This document shows positions 29,669 through 40,844 of a stretch of DNA of 64,000 nucleotides, piece after piece. Location of the stretch: NCBI GenBank assembly GCA_947497585.1, contig CANMHG010000013.1, positions 13,568 to 77,567 on the forward strand. The letters are read 5' to 3'. The position numbers and the translations under genes were made by a program. Within the stretch, counting starts at the first letter, position 1. Each line of letters opens with the position of its first letter. The DNA is from an uncultured Bacillaceae bacterium (GTDB taxonomy: Bacteria; Bacillota; Bacilli; Bacillales; Bacillaceae_L). The notes under the pieces are model-generated. The model did not search any database. It was not told the origin of the DNA and saw nothing but the letters and a program-made list of their open reading frames with translations.

Positions 29669-30697
29669 TTATAGATTAATTCTTTCTAACTTTAGAGGTT
29701 GTGGAACTAATCTAATCTTTCGTAAAATTTTATATGTAACTCCAGGTAGAATGTTTAAATAAGGATGGATTAAAAACAGTTTGAGTTGTTGCTTTATATA
29801 GTTGTCTTCTTCTACTGATTTCATTAGTACTACATTATTTTCTTTGATATATCTCTGAATATCTTTTTTATGGACTCCGCCTCTATCTTTTTTACTGTTA
29901 ATAAGTAGCAGATTAAAGTGTATAAGGTTTGCTTTTAGTATGTTCTTATAAGAAGCACTTGTTAGATGTTTATAGTGTGTTTCTAAAAACGCATGCCTCT
30001 CAATTAACCCTTTTATAATATCTAAGTTTCTAGGCGTATAAGTAGATACAATACTGTCACTACGTTGGAAGTAATAACACATTGGTTTATGCAACATAAC
30101 AAAGGTATTTACCAGATGCATAACCTGATGTGCCCAAAATACATCCTCAAATAATACTCCTTTTTTAAAAGGAATATCTTTAATCAGTTCAGTTTTGTAG
30201 AGTTTCCCCCAGGCAAAATTTTTCACTCTCTCATTAATTACAAGCTCTTTCATTAACTCTTGTTTATCGAGTAGAGTAGGTGGTTCGTCTTTAGAAAAAT
30301 ACCTGTTTTCAAATAATAAATGATCTTCATAGGCATAAAAAAAAGCTGATTGTACAACATCAGCTCTGAATTTTATACTATTATCTACCATTATTTCTAT
30401 CATTTGTAGCTCTAACCAATCATCGCTGTCCACAAAAAGTGTATACTGACCAGTGACATAGTTCATACCATAATTTCTAGCATCTGATAATCCACCATTC
30501 TCCTTATGAACAGAAATAATCCTAGAATCTATTTGTGAATACTGGTCAATTAAGCTTCCACATTTATCTGGCGATCCATCATCAACCAGGATAATTTCCA
30601 AGTTAGTATAAGTCTGATTAATTATACTTTTTACACACCTATCAATATATTTTTCTACCTTATAGACAGGAACAACTACGCTTACCATTGGCTTCAT
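29669..30697 (-). CDS. Glycosyltransferase family 2
   Basis: SVVVPVYKVEKY, VDDGSPD, FVDSDD. Confidence 0.9.
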   Translation of the reverse strand: MKPMVSVVVPVYKVEKYIDRCVKSIINQTYTNLEIILVDDGSPDKCGSLIDQYSQIDSRIISVHKENGGLSDARNYGMNYVTGQYTLFVDSDDWLELQMIEIMVDNSIKFRADVVQSAFFYAYEDHLLFENRYFSKDEPPTLLDKQELMKELVINERVKNFAWGKLYKTELIKDIPFKKGVLFEDVFWAHQVMHLVNTFVMLHKPMCYYFQRSDSIVSTYTPRNLDIIKGLIERHAFLETHYKHLTSASYKNILKANLIHFNLLLINSKKDRGGVHKKDIQRYIKENNVVLMKSVEEDNYIKQQLKLFLIHPYLNILPGVTYKILRKIRLVPQPLKLERINL

Positions 30698-30709
30698 CTT
30701 TGTTCCCCC

Positions 30710-31900
30710 CTATATCAACTCGTATAACTTCTGTAATTCGGTGCTATTGCTAAAGTTAGTTGAAACACAATTTCCAGATAGAATGCTCCTTAATTCGTGG
30801 TCATGATATAGCCTTTCAATTCCATTAGCTAATCCTTCAACGGACAGCTCACAAATAAGACCATCATAGCCATTTCGAACTTGACTATTCGCCGTTGTAT
30901 AATTAGTTATTAGAACGGGCTTAGTAAGGATTTGAGCTTCTCCTACCGTAACTGCTTTTCCTTCATATCTCGAAGGCTGTACATATAAATCTGCAGCCTT
31001 CATAAAAGGATAGGGATTCGTCTTTTTTCCTATTAAGATAAATGAATCCTTTAGTTCATATTTATCTATCAATTCCCTTATCATTTCCTCGTCTCCCCCA
31101 TATCCAACTACGTACCAGGCAATGTCTTCATAGCCCTTATCCTTCAATATTTTTAGAGCTTTAACCGCATTATCAATGCCTTTAGCATGTGAAAATCTTG
31201 CTACTGAAATCATCTTAAAGCGGTTATCATCAATCATTGGATTCTCAACAATTTCTTCAGATAGGGTCCTAACAAATTGGGGAGATGTGATATTCTCCAT
31301 TACCTTTACCTTACTAGTGAGACTTGGATACTTATTCAAAAAGGAATTTTTACACTCCTCTGAAACTGCTATGATATGATTAAATTTATTCCACATAGTA
31401 AGATCTAACACAATGTCCGTATCTACTGTTGAAAAATCTGTGTGAATCCAAGCAATTTTGGTCTTTGCGTTTACCTTTTCTGCTACAAAGTAATGAGGCC
31501 ACAAATAACTAATTGCTACATCATACTTTTTATCAAGCTTTGGTAAAAAAGGTAGTGAATATTTCCACATATATTGCATTTGCTTGTATCCATTTTCAGA
31601 TGAACTATGTAAGCTTGCTTTGTATTTTGAAAACAAGCGTACAATCCCAATCGGTAAATTACCGTTTCTTATAATCTGTCCTATCGACATCCTAAATGTT
31701 TTATAAGATTTAGACTCCTGTAAAAGATTCGGTGTCTTTGGAAGCAACTCCATGAATTCACCTGTATGACTATAAAGCATTAAGTCAACATTATAACTAC
31801 TGTAGTCAAAATTGGTTAACATGCTGATTAAGCTTCTTTCGACACCACCAACCTCCATATCAAATGTAGAAATTAATAGATTCTTCATGCTTTCCCCCAC
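30710..31900 (-). CDS. Glycosyltransferase family 4
   Basis: GGVERSL, VARFSHAKG, PSRYEGKAVTVGEA. Confidence 0.9.
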   Translation of the reverse strand: MGESMKNLLISTFDMEVGGVERSLISMLTNFDYSSYNVDLMLYSHTGEFMELLPKTPNLLQESKSYKTFRMSIGQIIRNGNLPIGIVRLFSKYKASLHSSSENGYKQMQYMWKYSLPFLPKLDKKYDVAISYLWPHYFVAEKVNAKTKIAWIHTDFSTVDTDIVLDLTMWNKFNHIIAVSEECKNSFLNKYPSLTSKVKVMENITSPQFVRTLSEEIVENPMIDDNRFKMISVARFSHAKGIDNAVKALKILKDKGYEDIAWYVVGYGGDEEMIRELIDKYELKDSFILIGKKTNPYPFMKAADLYVQPSRYEGKAVTVGEAQILTKPVLITNYTTANSQVRNGYDGLICELSVEGLANGIERLYHDHELRSILSGNCVSTNFSNSTELQKLYELI

Positions 31901-31903
31901 AGA

Positions 31904-33010
31904 TTAGATCTGATAAATATCCATTAATCTTGTTATTCCTCGTTGAATTTCATAACCATTTTCGTTGAAACCAACGATAATCTTGTTAGGATTGTTTTCT
32001 TTTTTTCCTGCAATTTTAATTATTCTATCGGCCCATTCTTTTGCGCCATCTGATAAGGAAAGTCTTGTTATGAGACCAAGCTTCAAATCAGCTTCAGGTT
32101 GTATAGCTTCTGAAACGATGCAAGGTGTCCCGGTTGCTTGAGCCTCTAATAAAACAAGCCCTAACCCCTCATAAATAGAAGGAAAAACAAAAACATCCAT
32201 ACTATGAAGCATTGTTTCTATATCAGAACGAATACCAACAAATCTTATATAAGACTCTAATCCTTCTTTTCTAGCTTTTTCTTCTATTTCTTTCCGTAAA
32301 TCACCATCTCCTACGAGTAACAATTTAATATCTAATCGCTTTTTGAGCATTTCTTTCATTATTTCTAATAGAAAATGATGATTTTTCGCTTCCATAAATC
32401 TACCTATATGACCTATTACTAAACTCTCACTTAACCCCTGTTCAGCTTTAAACTGAATGACTTTTTCTCGATTTCCTTTTAGAAATTGCTTATAATCTAT
32501 CAAGTTGGGAAAGTATTGATAAGTGCCACCATCTATTGATTTATTCCCATATAAATAGTGACCTGCTTGCTGGCTACATGCTAGTAAATGGGTTGAAGAA
32601 GCAGTAATGACAGTACGCATTGTTTTTATATACAATTTCCTAGCTAAACTATCACTTCTATCCAGAGTAGTATGGGCATGTGCAATTCTCGTTTTAATTC
32701 CAGCAATTTTCCCAGCCAGATTTGCAATTCCACAATGAAAGAGGGTATGAGAATGTATCGCATCATATGGTCCATATTTCTTAATTGCGTCTACGAGCTG
32801 TTTAATTGATTGCGATTTTGATAATTTAATGACTCTTCCGCCTAAAGCTTTGATTTCATAGTCATAATGTGCATCCTGCTGGCTATATGAAATAAAATCA
32901 AATTGTATTTTTTCTCTATCAATATTTCGATAGATATTCATAAGCATCGTTTCTGTACCAGCCCTATTCATAGCCCCAACGACATGGAGAACTCTTCTAA
33001 CTTCTTGCAT
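31904..33010 (-). CDS. Glycosyltransferase family 4 (EpsF-like)
   Basis: MNRAGTETMLMN, GHIGRF..AKNH, PSIYEGLGLVLLEAQ. Confidence 0.9.
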   Translation of the reverse strand: MQEVRRVLHVVGAMNRAGTETMLMNIYRNIDREKIQFDFISYSQQDAHYDYEIKALGGRVIKLSKSQSIKQLVDAIKKYGPYDAIHSHTLFHCGIANLAGKIAGIKTRIAHAHTTLDRSDSLARKLYIKTMRTVITASSTHLLACSQQAGHYLYGNKSIDGGTYQYFPNLIDYKQFLKGNREKVIQFKAEQGLSESLVIGHIGRFMEAKNHHFLLEIMKEMLKKRLDIKLLLVGDGDLRKEIEEKARKEGLESYIRFVGIRSDIETMLHSMDVFVFPSIYEGLGLVLLEAQATGTPCIVSEAIQPEADLKLGLITRLSLSDGAKEWADRIIKIAGKKENNPNKIIVGFNENGYEIQRGITRLMDIYQI

Positions 33011-33012
33011 GG

Positions 33013-34167
33013 CTATACCTTTACTCTTAGACAGCTTTTAATACAATCGATTACTCTTAAATGTTCTTCCCTTGTCATATTAGATCCAGATGGTAGACAC
33101 AAGCCAGTATCAAATAGTTGTTTAGAAATATCCTCTGTTTCACTATGAGGATAGTATTTAACACCTTCAAATAATGGCTGTAAATGTAATGGTTTCCATA
33201 CAGGTCGGGCTTCAATGTTTTCCTCTGTTAGAGCATGCAACAATTCCGCTATAGTAACCCCAACAATATTTTCATCAATTGTTAATGCTGTTAGCCATCT
33301 GTTTGAAAGAGTATTATCTAATTCAGGCATGAAATGAATTCCTGGGATGTGGCCTAGTTCCTGTTTATAGAAATCGAAAATTGCCCTTCTTGCCTCAACC
33401 CTATTTTCTAAAACCTCTAATTGTGCTCTACCAATCCCCGCTAAAACATTGCTAAGGCGATAATTATAGCCTAGCTTACTATGTTGATAGTGTGGTGCTG
33501 GATCCCTAGCTTGTGTCGCAAGAAATCTCGCCTTGTGCAATGACTCAATATCATCTGAAATTAGCACTCCTCCTCCAGATGTAGTAATGATTTTATTTCC
33601 ATTAAAGGAATACACACCATATTTACCGAAGGTTCCACTTGGTGTGCCTTTATAATAAGAACCGAGTGACTCAGCGGCATCTTCAATAATTGGGACATTA
33701 TATTGATTACAGATTGACACTAATTCATCCATCTTTGCGCTTTGTCCATAAAGGTTTACAATAATAACGGTTTTGGGTAGTTTTCCTTCATATGCAGCTT
33801 CCGTTAAAGCCTTTTCAAGTGCCTGAGGTGACATATTCCAGGTATCAGGTTCTGAATCTATAAATACTGGAATAGCTCCTTGATAAATGATTGGGTTGGC
33901 ACTTGCTACAAAGGTAAGAGTAGAACAAAATACAACATCATTTTTCTCTACACCTAACAAAGAAAGAGCCAAATGAATCGCTGCAGTTCCTGAACTTACT
34001 GCTACAGCTTCATTGGCTCCTACGTAATTGGCTAGTTCTTTTTCAAACGCATCCACATTTGGACCTAGTGGTGCAATCCAATTCGTTTCAAATGCTTCTT
34101 TAATATATTTCAATTCGTTCCCACTCATATGAGGTGGAGATAAGTAAATTCTTTTATTTTTAGTCAA
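33013..34167 (-). CDS. DegT/DnrJ/EryC1/StrS PLP sugar aminotransferase (EpsN/PglE-like)
   Basis: YLSPPHM, SSGTAAIHLAL, EDAAESLG, SFNGNKIITTSGGG. Confidence 0.93.
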   Translation of the reverse strand: MTKNKRIYLSPPHMSGNELKYIKEAFETNWIAPLGPNVDAFEKELANYVGANEAVAVSSGTAAIHLALSLLGVEKNDVVFCSTLTFVASANPIIYQGAIPVFIDSEPDTWNMSPQALEKALTEAAYEGKLPKTVIIVNLYGQSAKMDELVSICNQYNVPIIEDAAESLGSYYKGTPSGTFGKYGVYSFNGNKIITTSGGGVLISDDIESLHKARFLATQARDPAPHYQHSKLGYNYRLSNVLAGIGRAQLEVLENRVEARRAIFDFYKQELGHIPGIHFMPELDNTLSNRWLTALTIDENIVGVTIAELLHALTEENIEARPVWKPLHLQPLFEGVKYYPHSETEDISKQLFDTGLCLPSGSNMTREEHLRVIDCIKSCLRVKV

Positions 34168-34189
34168 GTTGACACCTCCTTAGAATAAT

Positions 34190-35245
34190 TCAGCTATGTA
34201 GTACCTTTTTATTAATAATTCCCCGATATACTGGAAAGAAATTTTCATTAACTTCATAATTTTCCTTTATTGTTCCCACAACTTCTTGATATTTTGTTAG
34301 ATTGTAGATTTTTTTCCCAATATAGTAGTCATGGTTATTGTTATTTGTAAAGGATGTTTTATATGCAAACAGTCCATCATTCTCTTGATACCCACCACCT
34401 AAGTGAAGTTGCTTTGCTCCTAATGACTTGCAAAACTCAATCATATAATCGAACAATAGGTTATTCGGACGATAATCAAGATACTTTGTTCTCGAGGCCC
34501 CTAAGTGGTAATGTGCAAATTCTTTACCTAGGATGACCATGACTCCAGCGATTATTTCACCTTCAAATTGGGTAAATAATAAATATGTTTTACTAATGCA
34601 TGTTTCCTTTACTTGATCTAAAAAATAACTTCTATCAAAATAGTAATAACCAATGGCATTATTTCGATCCATTGTTTCTTTGTACATGTCTAAAAAGATT
34701 TCAATATTTTCAATTGAACTTTGTGCCATGAAACAAGATAACTGATTTGATTTAGCTTTTTTTATATTTTTTTTATTCATAGAAGAATAATTTTGTCTGA
34801 TTTTCTCTAATGGAAACGATAAATCAACTGATGTTGTTTTTCTGATATATTGTACATTCAAGATCTCTTTGCAATATGCATCGTTCTTATACAATGGGTG
34901 AAACCTTATTGTTTCAGTGATAATATTTTCAGTTTCACAATACTCACTGAAAAAAGTATAAAAAGGATCTATTTTCTTTGAATCTCCTTCAATAAGAGGT
35001 CCACCATATCCATAAGGTGTAACAATATCATATAGTCCTTTGTAATCACCTGGTATTTCACGTTTTATAAATGGGTAAAAAACCTTTGTTGTATGATCTT
35101 CAAGAAATGCTCCTAGTAATTGACCATTTTCAATAGTAGCGAACAACTTACCATATTCATAAGAGTAATAGCTATCAATTGTTTTAAATTTTTTTAAAAT
35201 CTTATTCCATGTATAAGAATCTTCAACCACTTTAAAATAGGACAT
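34190..35245 (-). CDS. GNAT/FemAB-fold acyltransferase
   Basis: TPYGYGGP, IRFHP, YHLGAS...PNNLL, HLGGG. Confidence 0.75.
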   Translation of the reverse strand: MSYFKVVEDSYTWNKILKKFKTIDSYYSYEYGKLFATIENGQLLGAFLEDHTTKVFYPFIKREIPGDYKGLYDIVTPYGYGGPLIEGDSKKIDPFYTFFSEYCETENIITETIRFHPLYKNDAYCKEILNVQYIRKTTSVDLSFPLEKIRQNYSSMNKKNIKKAKSNQLSCFMAQSSIENIEIFLDMYKETMDRNNAIGYYYFDRSYFLDQVKETCISKTYLLFTQFEGEIIAGVMVILGKEFAHYHLGASRTKYLDYRPNNLLFDYMIEFCKSLGAKQLHLGGGYQENDGLFAYKTSFTNNNNHDYYIGKKIYNLTKYQEVVGTIKENYEVNENFFPVYRGIINKKVLHS

Positions 35246-35255
35246 TCACACACCC

Positions 35256-35414
35256 CTATGTGTTCTCATTGGTATCTATAACTCCTAAGAACTGATTTCT
35301 AATTTCTTCAATTGCTTCAAGTAGTTTCATAGATTCTGTTTCATTTCCTTTTTGATACATAGTTAATAAAATCTCTTGAAGTTGTTCAGCAGTTAGTTTT
35401 TCTGAAATACTCAT
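35256..35414 (-). CDS. Hypothetical 52-aa protein MSISEKLTAEQLQEILLTMYQKGNETESMKLLEAIEEIRNQFLGVIDTNENT
   Basis: Hand-translated; AGGAAGG RBS; fills the galE-GNAT gap in operon orientation. Confidence 0.6.
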   Translation of the reverse strand: MSISEKLTAEQLQEILLTMYQKGNETESMKLLEAIEEIRNQFLGVIDTNENT

Positions 35415-35446
35415 TTTCTTATCCTTCCTACAAACATTCTACTCTT

Positions 35447-36490
35447 TTATGAAAGAATACTATCTACCTTCAATTCACTATGGCTATAACCGTTCGGATT
35501 TTTAGACTGCCACTTCCATGCATCGAAGCACATCTCCTGAATCCCTTTTTCCGCTTTCCAACCAAGCTCCTTTTTAGCCTTTGCTACATCAGCATAACAG
35601 GTTGCTATATCACCTGGTCTTCTGGCTACAATTTTGTGAGGTATTTTTATACCAGTTGAAGTCTCAAATGCAGAAATTACCTCTAGCACACTGTATCCAA
35701 TTCCGGTTCCCAGGTTATATACAGACACTTCATTCGAACTTTGATTTTTACTTAAAGCTTTTACATGTCCTAATGCTAGGTCAACCACGTGAACATAATC
35801 TCTTACTCCAGTACCGTCAATGGTCGGATAATCTCCACCAAACACCTGAAGCTCCTTCAATTCTCCTATTGCAACCTTTGTTATATAAGGCATTAGATTG
35901 TTCGGTATCCCATTGGGATCCTCTCCAATCTCACCACTACTATGAGCTCCGACTGGATTAAAGTAACGTAAGATTGAAATACTCCATTCATTATCTGAAA
36001 CATAAAGATCTCGAAGGATTTCTTCAATCATTAGCTTGGTTCGACCATATGGATTGGTAGCTTGTAAAGAATTGTCTTCTAGAATCGGTACATGTTCTGG
36101 GTTTCCATAAACTGTTGCGGATGAACTAAAAACAATATTTTTCACATTGAATTTTTTCATTACCTCACAAAGTACAATTGTTCCAGAGATATTATTGTTA
36201 TAATAGTCTAATGGTTTCTCAACAGATTCTCCCACTGCTTTATAGCCCGCAAAATGAATAACCCCATCTATTTTGTTATCTGAAAAAATTTTATTTAAAC
36301 CTTCCCTATCAAGAAGATCTATCGTGTAAACCATAAAAGTTTTGCCTGTAATGTTCTTAACTTTCTCTAGGGATTGAGGTTTACTATTTGAAAAGTTGTC
36401 TAATACAATTACTTCATATCCAGCTTCAAGAAGTTCAACAATGGTGTGAGTTCCGATGTACCCTGCTCCTCCAGTAACTAATATTGCCAC
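35447..36490 (-). CDS. galE: UDP-glucose 4-epimerase
   Basis: [44 protein letters not shown]. Confidence 0.96.
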   Translation of the reverse strand: MAILVTGGAGYIGTHTIVELLEAGYEVIVLDNFSNSKPQSLEKVKNITGKTFMVYTIDLLDREGLNKIFSDNKIDGVIHFAGYKAVGESVEKPLDYYNNNISGTIVLCEVMKKFNVKNIVFSSSATVYGNPEHVPILEDNSLQATNPYGRTKLMIEEILRDLYVSDNEWSISILRYFNPVGAHSSGEIGEDPNGIPNNLMPYITKVAIGELKELQVFGGDYPTIDGTGVRDYVHVVDLALGHVKALSKNQSSNEVSVYNLGTGIGYSVLEVISAFETSTGIKIPHKIVARRPGDIATCYADVAKAKKELGWKAEKGIQEMCFDAWKWQSKNPNGYSHSELKVDSILS

Positions 36491-36566
36491 TTTTTACACA
36501 CCTCACTTATGAAAATAAAAAAGTAAATTGATACGGAGATCAATTTACTCAAAAGAATTTTGCTTA

Positions 36567-37649
36567 TTATAGTTGTAAATAATCACTACGATATTGGATA
36601 AATAAGGTCATTACACTTTCAAAATAATAATATAGAAAATAACAACTAATAATTCCAAAGTATACCAACTTTTGCTGTTTTTCATGAAAAAGCATAACTA
36701 CCCATGAAATTAAAATTAAGGAATATAGACTAAAGTAAATAGAAAATCTAGCAAAAATCCAATTCTGAGTAGAGATTATCATAAAGATAAAGCCAATCAT
36801 CGCCATATTAACAATATAGTCACTATTAGGAAAAATTTGTCTGAGCTTTTCCCTACCTAAAAACGCAAGCAATAACGGTACAGCATCCACAGCTACTCTA
36901 ATAATATTTGCTCCACCTTCAGTTGAATTCTGATAAACTCCATACTCTGTATCTTCTATTGCGGAAAATAAAATTGCTGAAAATTGATTGAATCCTAAAA
37001 CGATAATTACCGCTCCTGCCATAAGAAAAAATGTTGATTTCGACCATGCTTTTGCACGAACTATGAAATAAATAGGGATTAGTACTAATGCACTTTGGTG
37101 AAAAAAAGATGCAAAAACGACTACTAGAATATATTTCATCCAATTACCATTAATGATAAATTTTGTTGCAGTGAATATGATTGCAGCTGCAAGTACTTGC
37201 CTAATCCCATTCATTGATACTAAAAACAAGCCACCCGTTATATATACATACAGACTCAACTCTAACATTCTTGAATACTTATAAAGAACAAGCACAATAC
37301 ACATATTTGTTATCAATGCAGTTGTAAATACCATAATTTGTGCATCTTCAGATATCATTTTTAATAACATCTGAAGAATTCCAAATCCAATGTCCTTATG
37401 AGTTAAAATGAATTCCCATGTAAATTCATTTCTCTCATATATCAGCCTATAAAAAAAGGTATCTCCAATATTCCTTCTTAGACCTGAAACTATAACTAAA
37501 GAAGATAAAGCAATTAGGACCAATATTTTATTTGGTTTAATTGGCACATCTGAGTAGTTAGTCGTTGTAATGGTCCGAAAGGTTGAGAAATATCTCGAAA
37601 ATAGCGAAAACAAAAAAACTATGGCTAGATTAGTCCATAGAATAGTCAT
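36567..37649 (-). CDS. EpsG-family polysaccharide polymerase (Wzy)
   Basis: Multi-TM; SGLRRNIGDT, SMNGIRQ, FHQSAL, WIFARF. Confidence 0.85.
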   Translation of the reverse strand: MTILWTNLAIVFLFSLFSRYFSTFRTITTTNYSDVPIKPNKILVLIALSSLVIVSGLRRNIGDTFFYRLIYERNEFTWEFILTHKDIGFGILQMLLKMISEDAQIMVFTTALITNMCIVLVLYKYSRMLELSLYVYITGGLFLVSMNGIRQVLAAAIIFTATKFIINGNWMKYILVVVFASFFHQSALVLIPIYFIVRAKAWSKSTFFLMAGAVIIVLGFNQFSAILFSAIEDTEYGVYQNSTEGGANIIRVAVDAVPLLLAFLGREKLRQIFPNSDYIVNMAMIGFIFMIISTQNWIFARFSIYFSLYSLILISWVVMLFHEKQQKLVYFGIISCYFLYYYFESVMTLFIQYRSDYLQL

Positions 37650-37679
37650 ATCATATGTCCTTTCAGAAAAAGGTTTACT

Positions 37680-38561
37680 TTATATTTTAGCCGGTTTTGC
37701 TTTTGTTATTATTAGTAGATATAGTAGTAATCCAAATGGAATTGCAAATAAAGTCAGCCCTTTTTGAGGGGTTTCTGCTAAAAATGATTTATTTTTATCT
37801 AGTAAACTGCTTGATACATAGTGAATAGCCTGCTTAAATTTAAACCCTAAACTTGCAAATGGCAGTTTCATTAGTTCTTTACGATAAAATGCAAAACCTT
37901 TAGGATTTTTACGATATTGACTCAACATATTCAAAGACGATCCATCTGGAAGATATTCTACACAACATACCACTTCATTCATCAGCAGCATTTCATATTC
38001 CATATCTAGTTTATAATACTTGTACGCTAAGCCAACATATCTTTCATTTTCAAATAGTGGATATGGATATTTTTTAGTTAAATCTGTTCGATAGACCAGC
38101 TTTTTGTCACCGGAAACTCCATGCTTATAATAGAGATGAAATAGAGTTGAAATCTTCAGACCTTCTGGTAGTTTAGTACCAATAATTTTTCCATCCGTAT
38201 AGGAATCTAGCGCTATTATACCACCTACTGTTTTACTACCATTTCTTTGCCAAAAAGATAGTATTTTTTCAACAGCATCATCTGGCATATAATCATCAGA
38301 ATCTATACAAACATTTAACTCAGTATCAATAAGCTCATAAGCTGTGTTATGAGCACCATGCATCCCTTGATTTGTTTGGTAATGGTATCTAATTTCAACT
38401 AGATTCTCTTGGATCCATCCATCAACAAGTATGGATGTATTATCAGTTGAACCATCGTCAATGATTAACCAAATAAAATCATTTGAGGATTGACGCTTTA
38501 AGCTTTCATAGCAATGATGAAGACAATATGCTCGATTATAGGTTGGTGTAAATACTGTCAA
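37680..38561 (-). CDS. Glycosyltransferase family 2
   Basis: VFTPTYNR, IDDGSTD, CIDSDD. Confidence 0.9.
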   Translation of the reverse strand: MTVFTPTYNRAYCLHHCYESLKRQSSNDFIWLIIDDGSTDNTSILVDGWIQENLVEIRYHYQTNQGMHGAHNTAYELIDTELNVCIDSDDYMPDDAVEKILSFWQRNGSKTVGGIIALDSYTDGKIIGTKLPEGLKISTLFHLYYKHGVSGDKKLVYRTDLTKKYPYPLFENERYVGLAYKYYKLDMEYEMLLMNEVVCCVEYLPDGSSLNMLSQYRKNPKGFAFYRKELMKLPFASLGFKFKQAIHYVSSSLLDKNKSFLAETPQKGLTLFAIPFGLLLYLLIITKAKPAKI

Positions 38562-39681
38562 CTTTTTCAGTTACATCTCCCCCGAACCTTTGGTAATAGT
38601 CTTCAATAAATAATGCTGTTTTTCTAATATCATATCCTTTTAGAGAAATTTCCTTTAAAGGTGACTTTCTTGAGTAACTTTTTTGCTTCCATTCAATAAT
38701 GCTGTTCATCCACTGGTTCATTCTATCCAGTGATGCATAATGAACTAGACCCACTCCCAAATCAACTTCTTTTGTAATAGATTGAGATATTATACAAGGT
38801 AACCCTGTTGCTTGTGCTTCAACTAAAGTAACTGGTAAACCCTCGTGTAATGATGGGAAAACAAATAAATCGAAGGCTTGTAGAAGGTCAGATATATCAC
38901 CTCTTACTCCTAGCAGTTTAACCTTTCCGTCCAGATTAAGATGCTTTACTTTTTCCTCAATTCTATTTCGAAGAACTCCATCACCAACTAAAACTAGAGT
39001 TGCATTTGGGACTTTCTTAATTAACCCTGCAAATATATCTAGCAAAAATGTATGGTTTTTTTGATGATTAAATCTGCCAACATGACCAATAACTAATGTG
39101 TCTTCTTTTATCTGTAATGACTCTCTTATCTTAGATCTAACGGTTTTAGAAAATTTAAATCGATTAGTTTCTATCCCATTATTAAGAATGACAGCTTTCT
39201 GAGCTCGAATTCCAAACAACCATTTCGCTGCATCATTTGAACAAGCAAATAGAGAGTTTGCATTAAAACGAATATAACTTCCGGAGATTGATTTATATAA
39301 TTTCGCAGCAATGCCACCTTCACTTTGAGTGTTATGGCTATGTGCAATTCTAACTGAAATACCAGACTTTTTTGCTGCACGAAGGACAAAACCACTCATC
39401 TTATCCATATGAGAATGAACAATTTTATAATGATTTAAACGAAAAAAACTATCTAAAGCTTTAAGGTAAACCGAATGACCAGTCTCTGTAACATATGGTA
39501 TTCTGTGAATCTTACCACCCATCTCACTAATTTCTTTATCAAACACACCTTCCTTACAAGTAAGAAAGTCAAATTGAATTTTCGATCGATCCACATTCCG
39601 GTAAAGATTCATTAGAAGCGTTTCGGCTCCACCGCGATTCATATTTACTACCACATGCAAGATTCTTAATGGGCCGCCCAC
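38536..39681 (-). CDS. Glycosyltransferase family 4 (EpsF-like)
   Basis: MNRGGAETLLMN, GHVGRFNHQKNH, PSLHEGLPVTLVEAQ. Confidence 0.9.
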   Translation of the reverse strand: MGGPLRILHVVVNMNRGGAETLLMNLYRNVDRSKIQFDFLTCKEGVFDKEISEMGGKIHRIPYVTETGHSVYLKALDSFFRLNHYKIVHSHMDKMSGFVLRAAKKSGISVRIAHSHNTQSEGGIAAKLYKSISGSYIRFNANSLFACSNDAAKWLFGIRAQKAVILNNGIETNRFKFSKTVRSKIRESLQIKEDTLVIGHVGRFNHQKNHTFLLDIFAGLIKKVPNATLVLVGDGVLRNRIEEKVKHLNLDGKVKLLGVRGDISDLLQAFDLFVFPSLHEGLPVTLVEAQATGLPCIISQSITKEVDLGVGLVHYASLDRMNQWMNSIIEWKQKSYSRKSPLKEISLKGYDIRKTALFIEDYYQRFGGDVTEKVDSIYTNL

Positions 39682-40844
39682 TTTAGTTCCTCCATTTCTT
39701 TCATATACCTTCTGTAAATCCTACTCTTTTGGTCAAGTACATTTGTAACGCCATAGTTTTGTTCAATCATTAGCCTTGAAGATTTGCCAAGCTTATTTCT
39801 CATATATTCACTTTGAGCAAGCTCAATAATTTTAGAAGCAAATTTCCCTACATCTAAAGGGTTATTGATAAATCCGGTTTCATTATTCTTTACTAGCTCT
39901 CTATGCCCTCGATTCTCGGTTGCCACCACTGGAAGCCCACAGGCCATCGCTTCCAAAATATTTACTGGTAACCCTTCACGAAGACTCGAAGCAACAGCTA
40001 AATCGCTCATTTTCACAAGCAACTCAACATCGTTTCTCAACCCTAGAAAATGAACATACTCATCAATCCCTAGTTTTCTTGCTAGTGCTTTACATTCCTC
40101 CAATAAGGGACCTTCTCCAGCTAGCAAAAGCTTTGCATTAGGTATGTCACCCTTAACTTTGGTAAACGCATTTATGAGTAATTGCTGATTTTTATTCTTA
40201 TTAAATTCAGCAGCATATAATAGAAGAAAGTCTTCTGGACTATAACCAAAAGATCGTCTAATCATATTTTTACGCAACTGATCCACAGGCCTATATACAT
40301 CTGTATTCACCCCTACACCATGAACGTGTTCAATTACACCTGCTTTAAACCCATGACTTTTAGATAGGTTGTAATCCTCACTATTAATCGTTATTAAACA
40401 GTCAGTATAGGAAGCAAGCATTCTTTCAATTGGATAGTAGAGTAGCCAATTAACTAACGGAGCACCTTTGCAAAAATGAAAACCATGTGCTGTATAAATT
40501 ACCTTTGTTCCATTCTTTCTTGCAGCCCTAGCAGCAATGCGAGCTAGTACACCACCCATCGGGGTATGACAATGTATAATCTGGTATTGGTTATTATCAA
40601 TGGTCTCCTTTAACTGGTTATAAGCAGTGAGATTCTTAACCTTAAAAGGTGACCGTTGAATTGGAATATCATATTTCTCATCAACAAAAGGGAGCTCTAG
40701 GTTACCACTAGCTGCAATGTGAACTTCCCAGCCTTGTTCTTTAAACCATTTTAGATAAGGAATGTGGAAGGCTTTAAAGTGATAATCAACGGTAGCACAA
40801 AAAAGCACACGCTTTTTTGTCGTCTGCTTTCCATTCGTCATCAT
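39666..40844 (-). CDS. Glycosyltransferase family 4 (EpsD-like)
   Basis: [32 protein letters not shown]...EAMA. Confidence 0.9.
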   Translation of the reverse strand: MMTNGKQTTKKRVLFCATVDYHFKAFHIPYLKWFKEQGWEVHIAASGNLELPFVDEKYDIPIQRSPFKVKNLTAYNQLKETIDNNQYQIIHCHTPMGGVLARIAARAARKNGTKVIYTAHGFHFCKGAPLVNWLLYYPIERMLASYTDCLITINSEDYNLSKSHGFKAGVIEHVHGVGVNTDVYRPVDQLRKNMIRRSFGYSPEDFLLLYAAEFNKNKNQQLLINAFTKVKGDIPNAKLLLAGEGPLLEECKALARKLGIDEYVHFLGLRNDVELLVKMSDLAVASSLREGLPVNILEAMACGLPVVATENRGHRELVKNNETGFINNPLDVGKFASKIIELAQSEYMRNKLGKSSRLMIEQNYGVTNVLDQKSRIYRRYMKEMEELKWAAH

